Below, piece after piece: positions 1 through 9,811 of a stretch of DNA of 64,000 nt (position 1 is the first letter of the stretch; each line of letters starts with the position of its first letter). The DNA comes from Stenotrophomonas sp. (GTDB lineage: Bacteria > Pseudomonadota > Gammaproteobacteria > Xanthomonadales > Xanthomonadaceae): assembly GCF_032099025.1 (NCBI RefSeq), contig NZ_DAMCID010000016.1, forward strand, positions 37,472 through 101,471. Direction: 5' to 3'. A model generated the notes under the pieces. That model was not told where the DNA came from, did no database searches, and saw nothing but the letters and a program-made list of their open reading frames with translations. A program made the position numbers and the translations under genes.

Positions 1-1000
1 TCGCGGAGAAGCCCATGTCACCGGTGCACAGCAGCACCTTGCGGTACGGCAGGCCCAGCTTTTCCAGCACCACTTCGGCGGCACGGGTCATGCGCTGGTG
101 CTCGGCCTCGCTGTCCGCCGGGGCGCACACGGTGACCAGTTCGACCTTCTCGAACTGGTGCTGGCGGATCATGCCGCGCACGTCGCGGCCGCCGCTGCCG
201 GCTTCGGCGCGGAAGCACAGCGAATGGGCGGTCATGCTCAGCGGCAGGCGCTCGGCGTCGACGATCTCGTCGCGGACAATGTTGGTCAGCGACACTTCCG
301 AGGTCGGAATCAGGTAGCGGGTAGACTCGCCCACCGCCGTCTTGAACAGGTCGTCCTCGAACTTGGGCAGCTGGCCGGTGCCGCGCAGCGATTCTTCGTT
401 GACCAGGACCGGAACGTTGGTTTCCTCGTAGCCGTGTTCACCGGTATGCAGGTCCAGCATGAACTGGGCCAGGGCGCGGTGCAGGCGGGCGATCGGGCCG
501 CGCAGCACGGTGAAGCGCGAGCCGGACAGCTTGGCGCCGCTCTCACCGTCCAGGCGATGCAGGCGCGCGCCCAGCTCGACATGGTCCAGCACCGGGAAAT
601 CGAAGCTGCGCGGGGTGCCCCAGCGCTTCTGCTCGACATTCTCCGACTCGTCCTTGCCGGCCGGGACATCCTCTGCCGGCAGGTTCGGGATGCCCATGGC
701 GATGGCTTCGATCTTCTCGCGCAGGTCGTCCAGGGCCACTTCCGAGGCCTTGAGCTCATCGGCGAAGGCGGCCACTTCGGCCATGATCGCCGACACGTCC
801 TCGCCCTTGGCCTTGGCCTGGCCGATGGCCTTGGAGCGGCTGTTGCGCAGGCTTTGCAGCTCCTGGGTACGCACCTGGATGCGCTTGCGGTCGGCTTCCA
901 GCGACTCCAGTCCGGAGACGTCCAGCTCGAAACCACGCGAGGTGCGCAGGCGTTCGGCGAGGTCGGCGGGCTGTTGGCGGAGCAGGGCTGGATCAAGCAT
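1..1000 (-). CDS. serS: Seryl-tRNA synthetase, 5' part (runs off the left edge)
   Basis: Manual translation from ATG at 1000: [18 protein letters not shown]...YLIPTSEV...[28 protein letters not shown], with class II motifs. Absent from the ORF track because the stop lies outside the window. Confidence 0.97.
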   Translation of the reverse strand, partial: MLDPALLRQQPADLAERLRTSRGFELDVSGLESLEADRKRIQVRTQELQSLRNSRSKAIGQAKAKGEDVSAIMAEVAAFADELKASEVALDDLREKIEAIAMGIPNLPAEDVPAGKDESENVEQKRWGTPRSFDFPVLDHVELGARLHRLDGESGAKLSGSRFTVLRGPIARLHRALAQFMLDLHTGEHGYEETNVPVLVNEESLRGTGQLPKFEDDLFKTAVGESTRYLIPTSEVSLTNIVRDEIVDAERLPLSMTAHSLCFRAEAGSGGRDVRGMIRQHQFEKVELVTVCAPADSEAEHQRMTRAAEVVLEKLGLPYRKVLLCTGDMGFSA

Positions 1001-1115
1001 GGCGTTTGGGCGGTATGTGCGGGTCTGGAGGGGGATTATCGCCTGTAATCCGTTTTTCTGCCGCCCGGTTCATTCCGGGCATGGCAGAATCGGGTTGTTC
1101 ACCACGGTATGCCTC

Positions 1116-1751
1116 ATGTCCGCTTCCCGCTCTTCGTCTGGCAAGAACATCACCTTCCACCTGCCCCGCCGCAGCCTCATGATCGCCGGGATCGCCTTTG
1201 GCGTCGGCGTGCTGCTGTTCCTGGTGGTGTGGTTGAGCAACCGCAACGACGACTTCTACAAGGCCGGTCCGGCCCAGACGCCGCAACAGGTGGCCGAGGT
1301 GGAGCCGCTGCCCGAACCCCTCGCCGCGGCGGCGGGTTCCAGCGACATGCCCGATGCGAAGGCACCCCCGGCGAACGAGGAGCGCCCGCAGCTGGTGGAA
1401 ACCGCCCCGCCCCCGCCGCCGCCGGCCGCACCGGCAGCCCCGACGACGGCGCCGGCGCAGACGGCGATGGCCGCCGGCGACCGCCCGCAGCCGATTGCCG
1501 ACCAGTCACCGCCGCCCACCTACCCGCCCGCCGCGCTGCGCCGGGGCGAGGCCGGCAGCGTGGTGGTCCGCGTGGATGTGGATGCCACCGGCGTGCCGAT
1601 GAATGTGACCATCGTGCAGCGCAGTGGTTCGCGCGACCTGGATCGCGCCGCCACCGATGCGGTGCGCCGCTGGCGCTTCCTGCCGGCGCAGAGCAACGGC
1701 GTGGCCGTGACCGGCAGCATCGAAGTGCCGTTTGATTTCAAGGCGCAGTAA
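1116..1751 (+). CDS. TonB family energy transducer (TM helix, Pro/Ala linker, TonB C-terminal domain)
   Basis: N-terminal TM segment, Pro-rich linker, [16 protein letters not shown]...SGSRDLDRAA...WRF.PA. Start trimmed to ATG 1116 from track ORF 459..1751. Confidence 0.88.
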   Translation: MSASRSSSGKNITFHLPRRSLMIAGIAFGVGVLLFLVVWLSNRNDDFYKAGPAQTPQQVAEVEPLPEPLAAAAGSSDMPDAKAPPANEERPQLVETAPPPPPPAAPAAPTTAPAQTAMAAGDRPQPIADQSPPPTYPPAALRRGEAGSVVVRVDVDATGVPMNVTIVQRSGSRDLDRAATDAVRRWRFLPAQSNGVAVTGSIEVPFDFKAQ

Positions 1752-1766
1752 CGCGGCGCCTGGCGC

Positions 1767-1861
1767 GTGCCGACCAACGGTTGGTACCTGCCTCGTAGTG
1801 CGTATCGACCCACGGTTGGTACCTGCCGTTTGATGCGTACCGACCCACGGTTGGTACCTAC
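1767..1861 (-). repeat. Three tandem GTAG-family REP palindromes, 35-bp period
   Basis: 25-bp copies at 1767-1791, 1802-1826 and 1837-1861. The third reads GTAG-GTACCAACC-GTG-GGTCGGTAC on the minus strand; the other two have GCAG heads. Confidence 0.8.
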
Positions 1862-2072
1862 CGCGTGGTGATCGTTCCGGGTGGTAATCGTTCCGCGTCG
1901 CCATCGTTTTAGTGGTCATATGCGATCACGGTCGCGTCAATCCCGTGTATAGGCCGGGATCATCATGCTGAACCTCACAGGGAATGCAGTCGCCGCGTTG
2001 ACGCTTCGGTGACACACCTTCGACCGGCGGCAGGCAAGACTGCAGGCGTCAACTCGACACCAGGAGTCCGCC

Positions 2073-2648
2073 ATGAGTGTTACCCATGCACACGACATGC
2101 CCACTTCGCCGCAGCACCAGCGCGACGTTCTCGACGATCCGGCCCGCCGCCGCACTTCTCCGTGGTTGTGGATGGCGCTGATCGTGGCGATGTTCGCCGC
2201 CGCGCTGGTCTGGCTGCGCTACGCGAATCCGACCGAGGGCGTCACGGCGCCGGTGGGCGAGCGCATGCTGCCCGCCACGGAAACGCCGGTTGCCACGACG
2301 CCCGCGCCGGTGAACCGCGAGGCCGCGCCGGCCACCACGCAGCGCCGCGCGGCGCCTGCGGTACGTAACCGCGATGCGCGGCCGCTGACCAGCAATGCGA
2401 AGCCGGTGTACCCGCGCACGGCGCTGCGTAGCGGTGTGGAAGGCAGTGTGATTGCCAGCCTCAACGTGGATACGCGCGGCCAGGTGACGGACGCCAACAT
2501 CGTGCAGCGCAGCGGTTCGCGCGACCGCGATCTGGATCGTGCGGTGCTGAGCACGGTGCGTGACTGGAAGTTCGAGCCGGCCCTGCAGAACGGTCGTGCC
2601 GTTGCCAGTGTGGTGCGTGTGCCGGTGGATTTCCGTACCGAGCGGTAA
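2073..2648 (+). CDS. Second TonB family energy transducer
   Basis: TM helix (LWMALIVAMFAAALVWL), Pro/Ala linker, YPRTALRSGVEGSV...SGSRDRDLDRAV...WKFEPA. Confidence 0.88.
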   Translation: MSVTHAHDMPTSPQHQRDVLDDPARRRTSPWLWMALIVAMFAAALVWLRYANPTEGVTAPVGERMLPATETPVATTPAPVNREAAPATTQRRAAPAVRNRDARPLTSNAKPVYPRTALRSGVEGSVIASLNVDTRGQVTDANIVQRSGSRDRDLDRAVLSTVRDWKFEPALQNGRAVASVVRVPVDFRTER

Positions 2649-2679
2649 GGGTGTAGACGAATAACGGCGGGGGAGCCGG

Positions 2680-2713
2680 GGGGCCGATCTGTTTGATCGG
2701 CCCCTTTTTTTTT
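2680..2713 (+). terminator. Rho-independent terminator
   Basis: GGGGCCGATC-TGTTT-GATCGGCCCC followed by 9 T. Confidence 0.9.
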
Positions 2714-2756
2714 GTCTTTTTGGGTTTGCGCGAAGAAGAGCAGACCAGAGCAGAGC

Positions 2757-2810
2757 AGCCGACTAACAGTCGGCTCTACCCGGTCGGCTCTACCCGGTCG
2801 GTTTTACCGG
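2757..2810 (-). repeat. REP (GTAGAGCCGACTGTTAGTCGGCT) with a 14-bp tandem tail
   Basis: 2757-2779 is identical to the REP at 36418-36440. The unit gtcggctctacccg occurs twice (first copy overlapping the REP) and then degenerates. Confidence 0.85.
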
Positions 2811-2847
2811 TTGGATTACGCAGCCACGCATGGCGTGGCTCTACCGG

Positions 2848-4155
2848 TCAGGCGAGGTTGAAGCCGGTGCCGCGGGCCAGGCCGTCGAAGTTGGGGAACG
2901 AGGTGGCTACGTTGACGATGTCGTTGACGCGCACTTCGCCCGTGCTGAGCTGGCCGGCAATGGCGAAGGCCATGGCGATGCGGTGGTCACCGTGGCTTTC
3001 AATCGTGCCGCTGCCCAGTGGGTGGCCGCCGTGGATGGTGGCGCCATCTTCGGTTTCGTCCACCTGCACGCCCAGGCTGCGCAGGCCGGTGGCCATTGCC
3101 GCCAGACGGTCCGATTCCTTGACCCGCAGTTCGGCCGCACCACGCACGACGGTGTTGCCCTGCGCCGCAGCGGCGGCCACGAATAGCGCCGGGAACTCGT
3201 CGATCATGTCCGGCACCAGTGCCTCGGGGATCTCCGCACCGTGCAGCGGCGCATGACGCACCACCAGGTCGGCCACCGCTTCCCCACCCTGCTCGGCATG
3301 GTTTTCCTCGACGATGTCCGCGCCCATCAGGCGCAGTGCCGCCAGCAGGCCGGTGCGGCGCGGGTTGAGGCCCACCTGGCGCAGGCGCAGTTCCGACCCC
3401 GGAATGATGCTGGCGGCCACCAGGAAGAACGCAGCCGACGAGAAATCGGCCGGCACCGCGATGTTGGTGGCGCGCAGGCGCTGGCCGCCCTGCAGGCGCG
3501 CCTGGCCGGGGGAGAATTCAATCTCCACGCCGAAGGCGCGCAGCATGCGCTCGCTGTAATCGCGGGTCGGGTGCGGTTCGGTCACGGCGGTGACGCCGGC
3601 GGCGTACAGGCCCGCGAGCAGCACGGCGGATTTGACCTGGGCGCTCGCCACCGGCGAGGCGAAGTCGATGCCGTGCAGCGCCTGGCCGCCGTGCACGCGC
3701 AGCGGTGGGGTGCCGTCGGAGTCGGTGTCGATCTTCGCGCCCATCTGCGCCAGCGGGCCGGTCACGCGGCGCATCGGGCGCCGCGACAGCGATTCGTCAC
3801 CCACCATCACCGAGTCGAACGGCTGCGCGGCCAGCAGGCCGGCGAGCAGGCGCATGCCGGTGCCGGCATTGCCGCAGTCCAGCGGCGCGCTGGGCGCCTG
3901 CAGGCCATCCACGCCAACGCCGTGCACGATGCGCTGCGACGGCGACGGGGTCTCGATGCGCACGCCCAGCTGCGAAAAGATGGCGGCGGTGGCGCGGGTG
4001 TCCTCGCCTTCCAGGAAGCCGTCGATGTGCGACACGCCGTCGGCCAGGGCGGCGAACATCACCGCGCGGTGCGACACGGACTTGTCGCCGGGAATGGTCA
4101 GGCTGCCCTGAAGGGGCTGGCCCTTGCGGGCGATCCAGTAAGCGGAAGCGGTCAT
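2848..4155 (-). CDS. aroA: 3-phosphoshikimate 1-carboxyvinyltransferase (EPSP synthase)
   Basis: PGDKSVSHR, DCGNAGTGMRL, RVKESDR and DHRIAMAF motifs. Confidence 0.97.
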   Translation of the reverse strand: MTASAYWIARKGQPLQGSLTIPGDKSVSHRAVMFAALADGVSHIDGFLEGEDTRATAAIFSQLGVRIETPSPSQRIVHGVGVDGLQAPSAPLDCGNAGTGMRLLAGLLAAQPFDSVMVGDESLSRRPMRRVTGPLAQMGAKIDTDSDGTPPLRVHGGQALHGIDFASPVASAQVKSAVLLAGLYAAGVTAVTEPHPTRDYSERMLRAFGVEIEFSPGQARLQGGQRLRATNIAVPADFSSAAFFLVAASIIPGSELRLRQVGLNPRRTGLLAALRLMGADIVEENHAEQGGEAVADLVVRHAPLHGAEIPEALVPDMIDEFPALFVAAAAAQGNTVVRGAAELRVKESDRLAAMATGLRSLGVQVDETEDGATIHGGHPLGSGTIESHGDHRIAMAFAIAGQLSTGEVRVNDIVNVATSFPNFDGLARGTGFNLA

Positions 4156-4246
4156 CGATGAATCCTGTCAGGCCGCCCCCAGGGGCGGCAGTAATGCGGA
4201 AAGTCGTTGCAACGGCGCCGTACGCGGGGCGGCAGCGCCGGTCGAA

Positions 4247-5443
4247 TCAGGGCACGGCGACGGGATAGGAGCCCAGCACCTTGATCTGCGCCGAATGCGC
4301 CTCCAGCTCGGCCAGTGCGGCCTGCATGGCGGGGTCGTCGATGTGGCCGGCCAGGTCGATGAAGAACCCGTACTCCCACTTGGCGTTGTGCGACGGACGC
4401 GATTCGATGCGGTTCATGCTGATGCCGTGGCGGGCAAACGGGCTGAGCACGTCGAACAGCGCGCCGGGCTTGTCGTGGATGAACACCAGCACCGAGGTGC
4501 GGTCGTGCCCGGAGGTCGGGAAGAACTGCCGGCCCACCACCAGGAAGCGGGTGGTGTTGTCGGCATCGTTCTGGATCGGCTTGGTCACCACCTTCTTCAG
4601 GCCGTACACGTGCCCTGCACTCTCGCCACCGATGGCCGCCGCGTCGTCGGCATTGCGGGCGCGCCGCGCGCCTTCGGCGTTGCTGGAGACCGGCACCTTT
4701 TCCGCCTTGGGCAGGTTGGCACGCAGCCACGACGAGGTCTGCATGAACGACTGCGGGTGGCCGTACACGCGCTCGATATCCTCCAGCCGGCCGCTGCGCG
4801 ACATCAGGTACTGCTGCACGCGCAGCTCGACTTCACCGCAGATTTTGAGGTTGGAGGTGAGGAACATGTCCAGGGTGATCTGGATGGTGCCCTGGCCCGA
4901 GTTCTCCACCGGCACCACGCCGAAGTCGGCGTTGCCTGCTTCCACTTCCTGGAACACTTCTTCGATGCTGGCCAGCGGCAGGCCCAGCGCCGAGCGGCCG
5001 AAATGCTTGAGCACGGCCTGCTGGCTGAAGGTGCCTTCCGGGCCGAGGTAGCCGATCTTCAGCGGCTCCTGCTGGGCCAGGCAGGCGGACATGATTTCGC
5101 GGAACACGTGCACCAGTACTTCATCGCTGAGCGGACCTTCATTGCGATCCACCACCATGCGCAGCACCTGTGCTTCGCGTTCGGGGCGGTAATAGTCCAC
5201 GGCGGCGGCGAGCTTGCCCTTGGCCTTGCCGACCTGGTGGGCGAACTGCGCGCGCTCGGCGATCAGCGCCTGGATGCTGCGGTCGATATGGTCGATCTTG
5301 GCGCGCACGTCGGACAGCACGGGCGCGGCGGCGGCCGGCAGTGCATCGGCCTTGGCCTTGGCCGGTTTGGGCGCGGCCTTGGTCGAGCTAGCCGGTGCAG
5401 GCTTGGCGGAGGGTGCCTTGGGCTTGGCGGGTTTGGTGGCCAT
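4247..5443 (-). CDS. pheA: Chorismate mutase/prephenate dehydratase (P-protein)
   Basis: CM domain (IDHIDRSI...RPEREAQVL), YLGPEGTFS, NTTRFLV, ACT domain RIESRPS. Start at ATG 5443. Confidence 0.96.
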   Translation of the reverse strand: MATKPAKPKAPSAKPAPASSTKAAPKPAKAKADALPAAAAPVLSDVRAKIDHIDRSIQALIAERAQFAHQVGKAKGKLAAAVDYYRPEREAQVLRMVVDRNEGPLSDEVLVHVFREIMSACLAQQEPLKIGYLGPEGTFSQQAVLKHFGRSALGLPLASIEEVFQEVEAGNADFGVVPVENSGQGTIQITLDMFLTSNLKICGEVELRVQQYLMSRSGRLEDIERVYGHPQSFMQTSSWLRANLPKAEKVPVSSNAEGARRARNADDAAAIGGESAGHVYGLKKVVTKPIQNDADNTTRFLVVGRQFFPTSGHDRTSVLVFIHDKPGALFDVLSPFARHGISMNRIESRPSHNAKWEYGFFIDLAGHIDDPAMQAALAELEAHSAQIKVLGSYPVAVP

Positions 5444-5495
5444 CAGGGGTTCCAGGTGCAGTGGGGCGGCCAGCGCCCCGGTAAATTTGAACGCG

Positions 5496-6581
5496 TCAGC
5501 CGTTGCGCTGCTGGAAGTCGCCCATGAAGGCGACCAGCGCCTGCGCGCCTTCCACCGGCAGGGCGTTGTACAGCGAAGCACGGATGCCGCCGACCGCCTT
5601 GTGGCCCTTCAGCGCCAGCAGCCCGGCAGCCTTGGATTCACTGACGAAGCGTGCGGTGAGGGTTTCATCGGGCAGGAAGAACGGAATGTTCATGCGCGAG
5701 CGCGCCGCCGGCACCACGTCGTTGCGGTAGAAACCGCCGGAGGCATCGATGGCGCCGTAGACCAGGGCGGACTTGGCGGCGTTGCGCCGCGCGAACGCCT
5801 CCACGCCGCCTTCGGCCAGCATCCACTGGAACACCAGCCCGGCCAGGTACCAGTTCCAGGTAGGCGGGGTGTTGAGCATGGAATCGCGCGCGACGTGCGA
5901 GCGGTAATCGAAGATGTCCGCGCGCGGTTGGCCGCTGCGGTCGAGCAGGTCGCGGCGCACGATCACCACCGACACGCCGACCGGGCCGAGGTTCTTCTGC
6001 GCGCCGGCATAGATCAGCCCGTAGCGCGAGACGTCGAGCGGTTCGCTGGCGATGGACGAGCTGAAATCGGCGAACAGCGGGACGCCGCCCACGTCGGGGG
6101 TGTCACGGAACTCGACGCCGTGGATGGTCTCGTTCGCGGTGATGTGGACGTAGGCCGCATCATCGGAAAGCTGCCACTGGTCGCGCGGCGGAATGTCGTG
6201 GAAGCCGCTGGCTTCGCTGCTGGCGGCAACGTTGACCGTGACGTAGGGGCTGACCTGCTTGATGGCGGTCTTGCCCCAATGGCCGGTGAGCACGTAGTCC
6301 ACGGTCTGGCCGGGCGCGGCGAAATTGAGCGCAAGCAGGGCCTGCTGGGTGGTGGCCCCGCCGGCCAGGAACATCACCGCGTAGTCGTCCGGAATGCCGA
6401 TCAGGCGGCGCAGGTCCGCTTCGGCCTGGGCGGCAACGGCCATGAATTCCGGGCCGCGGTGGCTCATTTCAACAATGGAGGCGCCAGCGCCGTTCCATTC
6501 CAACATCTCTTCCTGCGCCTGGCGCAGGACCGATTCCGGCAGGGTTGCAGGGCCGGCACTGAAGTTGAACGCGCGCGTCAT
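5496..6581 (-). CDS. serC: Phosphoserine aminotransferase
   Basis: [18 protein letters not shown] (PLP lysine), [10 protein letters not shown]. Confidence 0.97.
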   Translation of the reverse strand: MTRAFNFSAGPATLPESVLRQAQEEMLEWNGAGASIVEMSHRGPEFMAVAAQAEADLRRLIGIPDDYAVMFLAGGATTQQALLALNFAAPGQTVDYVLTGHWGKTAIKQVSPYVTVNVAASSEASGFHDIPPRDQWQLSDDAAYVHITANETIHGVEFRDTPDVGGVPLFADFSSSIASEPLDVSRYGLIYAGAQKNLGPVGVSVVIVRRDLLDRSGQPRADIFDYRSHVARDSMLNTPPTWNWYLAGLVFQWMLAEGGVEAFARRNAAKSALVYGAIDASGGFYRNDVVPAARSRMNIPFFLPDETLTARFVSESKAAGLLALKGHKAVGGIRASLYNALPVEGAQALVAFMGDFQQRNG

Positions 6582-6678
6582 GTCACACCTATGGGGCAAG
6601 ACCCCTAGTATGCCGCAGCGCACCAGCCTTTAGGCCTTGCAGCACAAGGCCAATTTGGTTGCGTTTGAATCTATCCGG

Positions 6679-7479
6679 TCAGCGCGCGCCGAACCACAGC
6701 AGCAGGCTGAGGATGGCGGCCAGCAACAACGCACTGCCGAGCAGCCATGGCCAGCGGCTCACCCGGCGCGGCTTGACCGGAGCTTCCACCGCCGCCGGCA
6801 GGTCGAGCAGCTCATCCTCTTCGTGGCTGGCCACGCGCTTGCGACCGTCGTGCGGGACTTCCAGCACGAACCGGTGCTGGGCGTCGAACACCAGCTGGTC
6901 ACCCGGCTGCAGCCAGCAGTGCCGCACGCTGACGCCGTTGACCCGGGTCGACTCGCCCGCGCCCAGATCGCGCAGCAACAACCGCTCGCCGTGCCGCTCC
7001 AGCCGCGCGTGCTGTTCGGCGAAGGCCGGGTCGTCGATGACGATGTCCGCCTCGGCCCCACGCCCGATCAGCCGGGGGCGGTCCAGGGTGAAGCTGCGGC
7101 CGTGGTGCTGCCCGCCAACGCCGCGCAGCAGGCGCGGATCGTCGCCGATTTCATCACTGCGGGAGGGAGCATGGTTGAGGGCTTCGCATTCGCCCTGGAT
7201 CACCATTTCCACGCCATCGGCATAGACTGCGTCGCCGGGACGCAGCAGCGCCATGCGCCGCACCGGACGCCCGTTGACGTGGATGCCGCGCATTCCGTTG
7301 GCCACCTGCAGCCACAGGCCGCGGTCGTCCAGGCAGAACTGCGCCAGCAGCAGGGTGCCCGCCGCGTCGCCACCGAGGCGGACGCTGCCGGACGCGTGGC
7401 GCACGATGCGCTGCACCCCGGGCCGCAGCGGCTGGTCGGGGTGTTGGCGATGGGTGAAGTGAACAAGCAGGTTCTGCAC
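6679..7479 (-). CDS. FHA-domain membrane protein (two FHA-like domains, C-terminal TM helix)
   Basis: IGRGAEADIVIDDPAFAEQHARL...GVSV FHA pattern and hydrophobic C terminus. GTG start at 7479 is inferred. Confidence 0.75.
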   Translation of the reverse strand: MQNLLVHFTHRQHPDQPLRPGVQRIVRHASGSVRLGGDAAGTLLLAQFCLDDRGLWLQVANGMRGIHVNGRPVRRMALLRPGDAVYADGVEMVIQGECEALNHAPSRSDEIGDDPRLLRGVGGQHHGRSFTLDRPRLIGRGAEADIVIDDPAFAEQHARLERHGERLLLRDLGAGESTRVNGVSVRHCWLQPGDQLVFDAQHRFVLEVPHDGRKRVASHEEDELLDLPAAVEAPVKPRRVSRWPWLLGSALLLAAILSLLLWFGAR

Positions 7480-7599
7480 GCGGCGCAGCCTATCAGGTTG
7501 GCTGTCTGGGAAGAAGAAGTGTGACGCACACCTTGGAGTTATGGGCGAGGATGCGCACAATGCACGCCCTTTCCCCGCTATCGCCCGCCAGGAGACTGT

Positions 7600-7875
7600 A
7601 TGTCCAGCATTGATATCCGCCACGCCCACGCCCTGCCCGATGACGGTGCCCGCAAGGCGATCGAGTCGATGGTGGCCAAGCTCACCGAGAAGTTCTCGCT
7701 GGAAAGCAGCTGGGTTGGCGACGCGCTGAAGTTCAACGGCTCCGGGGTCAAGGGGCTGATCGAGCTGTTGCCCGGCCAGGTGCATGTCTCTGCCGAACTG
7801 GGCTTCCCGGTGTCGATGATGAAGGGCATGGTGGAAAGCGAAATCCAGCGCGTGCTGAAGGAAAAGCTGGGCTGA
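7600..7875 (+). CDS. Polyhydroxyalkanoate granule-region protein (PHA_gran_rgn-like)
   Basis: IDIRHAHALPDDGARKAIE...W.GD.LKF.GSGVKG pattern; adjacent to a phasin. Confidence 0.75.
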   Translation: MSSIDIRHAHALPDDGARKAIESMVAKLTEKFSLESSWVGDALKFNGSGVKGLIELLPGQVHVSAELGFPVSMMKGMVESEIQRVLKEKLG

Positions 7876-7962
7876 ACCCACGCTGCAAACGGGCGCGGCC
7901 ATCACGCCGCGCAACACCGGGCGTGGGTAGGATCGGCGGGTGGCCACTCACAGGATCGCCCC

Positions 7963-8457
7963 ATGAACTCACACGATGACTTCGATGACCGCATTCCGGG
8001 CGACAAGCCCTCGCTGCAGGATCAGGCCGAGCGCTTCTCGCGCAAGCTGAGCGATTCGGCGCAGCAGATCTGGCTGGCCGGGCTGGGCGCGTTCGGACGC
8101 GCGCAGGCCGAGGGCAGCCGCGTCTTCGACAACCTGGTCAAGGAAGGCGAGTCGATCGACGCGCGCAACCGCGAGCAGGCCGGCGATGCGCCGCGCTGGC
8201 GCGACAACGTCGAAGAACACCTGGGCGAGGCGCGTGAAAAGGCCTCCGGCACCTGGGACAAGGTGGAGAAGGCCTTCGATGACCGGGTCCAGGGCGTGCT
8301 CAAGCGCCTGAACATCCCCACCGCCGAAGACGTCGCCGCGCTCAACGCCCGGATCGATGCGCTCAACACCCGCGTCAACCGCGCCGAAGCGCGCAGTGCC
8401 TCGCCCAACGCAGACCCGCGCCCGGGTACCCATCAGTCGCCCGGCTCGGATCCCTGA
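7963..8457 (+). CDS. Phasin family protein (PhaF/PhaI-like)
   Basis: QIWLAGLGAF...VFDNLVKEGE...WDKVEKAFDDRV...LNIPT..DV..L..RID.L. Confidence 0.85.
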   Translation: MNSHDDFDDRIPGDKPSLQDQAERFSRKLSDSAQQIWLAGLGAFGRAQAEGSRVFDNLVKEGESIDARNREQAGDAPRWRDNVEEHLGEAREKASGTWDKVEKAFDDRVQGVLKRLNIPTAEDVAALNARIDALNTRVNRAEARSASPNADPRPGTHQSPGSDP

Positions 8458-8522
8458 GCGTAGACCACACGCTACCGCACGGAGATTGTTGCAAAGCAAC
8501 ACGACTTTGTTGACAATCGAAA

Positions 8523-8588
8523 ACGACCCGCCAATCGCTTCTGCGCCGTTTGTTCCCTCCCCTCACGGCTACGGATTGGCGGGTTTTT
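8523..8588 (+). ncRNA. Candidate small RNA with a CU-rich loop
   Basis: TTGCAA(8489)-17 nt-GACAAT(8512) upstream; 11-bp stem ACCCGCCAATC/GATTGGCGGGT ending in a T run; nested GCCGT/ACGGC stem around TTGTTCCCTCCCCTC. Inferred, not matched to a known family. Confidence 0.35.
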
Positions 8589-8734
8589 CGTGTCCGGGAT
8601 GCAGCGGCACGAAATGAGACTTCCATCACCGACCCGACCATCGATGCGCGAGTCGAGACAAAAACGACACCCCACAGACAGGCGCGAGCGCATATAAACT
8701 GTCTACGCACATCCGTGTTCATCTCCTAGGCCTC

Positions 8735-9808
8735 ATGTTCTCCTGGATTCTGGCTCTCCTGTTGGCCCTCGTTGTCTGGTCCCTGGCCGCCGCCTACTTC
8801 TGGCTGGTGAAACGCCGCCGCAAGGAGACCCGCCTGGGCCTCAACGCGTTGGCCGGCATGCACTGGCGCGATTTTTCAGAAATCGTCAAGCGGGCGTTGC
8901 GCGAGCAGCGCGGGCTGCAGGATGTTCCCGACCATGTCGATGAGAGCCACGAGCCGCGCAGCGATTTCCTGATGCAGAACGCCCAGCAGCAGCGCTGGCT
9001 GGTGTCGTGCAAGCATGGCCGCGCCTACCGGATCGGCACCGCTGCGGTGAACGAACTGGGCGCGGCGGCCCGCCTGGCCGGCGGCCGTGGCGGGATCCTG
9101 ATCACCGAAGGACAGATCGAGCGCGATGGCCGCGCCGCCGCCGAGAAGCAGCACGTGGAGGTCCTGGACGGCCGCCTGCTGTGGCCGCTGCTGCAGCCCT
9201 ACCTGCCCGGCGACGTGGAAGCCCGGGTCAAGCAGGCGGCACGGCGCGAGGCGATCCGACGCATTTCCATTGCCGCGCTGGGCTCGCTGACGCTGGGGCT
9301 GATCGTGGGCATGGGGTACCTCACATCGCGGCTGGACCAGTCCGCGCATGTGATGGCGCAGGCTCCGGCGACGGCGGCACCTGCGCCTGCGCCGACGGCA
9401 TCCACCCCGGCGCCCAAGGCGGCAGATGTGCCGGCTGCTGCACCGGCCGGCACGGCAGCGGCCCCGGTCGAGAACGCCGCTGCGCCGCCCCCTGCACCGG
9501 CCGCTGCCGCCCACGGCGGCGATCCGAATCACATCCTCGGCACCGAGCCCGATCCGGACCCGGCCACACTGGCCCGCTACCAGCGTGAGCTGGCGGCGCT
9601 GCTGGGCCAGCAGAGCGGCGTGCTCAGCGCGTTCTGGCAGACCCGGCAGACCCTGGCGATCAACCGTTCGGCAGAGATCGACGCGCTCTGGCCGCATATC
9701 TGCACGCAGGTGAAGCGCTACCCGGCGCTGCGCACGGTGCGCATCCAGCTCAACCCGCGCCTGGGTACCGACGAACCGGTGCGCTGGCGGCAGTGCGCCA
9801 CGCTCTAA
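8735..9808 (+). CDS. Membrane-anchored Mrr-like (restriction endonuclease fold) protein
   Basis: N-terminal TM helix; L..M.WRDFSEIV...DFLM...WLVSCKH...GILIT.G...VEVLDG Mrr_cat-like pattern; second TM helix and Pro/Ala linker. Confidence 0.7.
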   Translation: MFSWILALLLALVVWSLAAAYFWLVKRRRKETRLGLNALAGMHWRDFSEIVKRALREQRGLQDVPDHVDESHEPRSDFLMQNAQQQRWLVSCKHGRAYRIGTAAVNELGAAARLAGGRGGILITEGQIERDGRAAAEKQHVEVLDGRLLWPLLQPYLPGDVEARVKQAARREAIRRISIAALGSLTLGLIVGMGYLTSRLDQSAHVMAQAPATAAPAPAPTASTPAPKAADVPAAAPAGTAAAPVENAAAPPPAPAAAAHGGDPNHILGTEPDPDPATLARYQRELAALLGQQSGVLSAFWQTRQTLAINRSAEIDALWPHICTQVKRYPALRTVRIQLNPRLGTDEPVRWRQCATL

Positions 9809-9811
9809 TCC

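Noticed and set aside
459..1115. N-terminal extensions in track ORFs (459..1751, 6679..7947, 55684..57891, 44295..45551, 34393..35343)
   Set aside because: The extensions overlap neighbouring real genes or non-coding DNA; starts were trimmed to the homologous domain boundaries.
1767..1861. Three regularly spaced 25-bp repeats resembling a mini-CRISPR
   Set aside because: Spacers are only 10 nt, the repeats are GTAG-type REP palindromes, and there are no cas genes.
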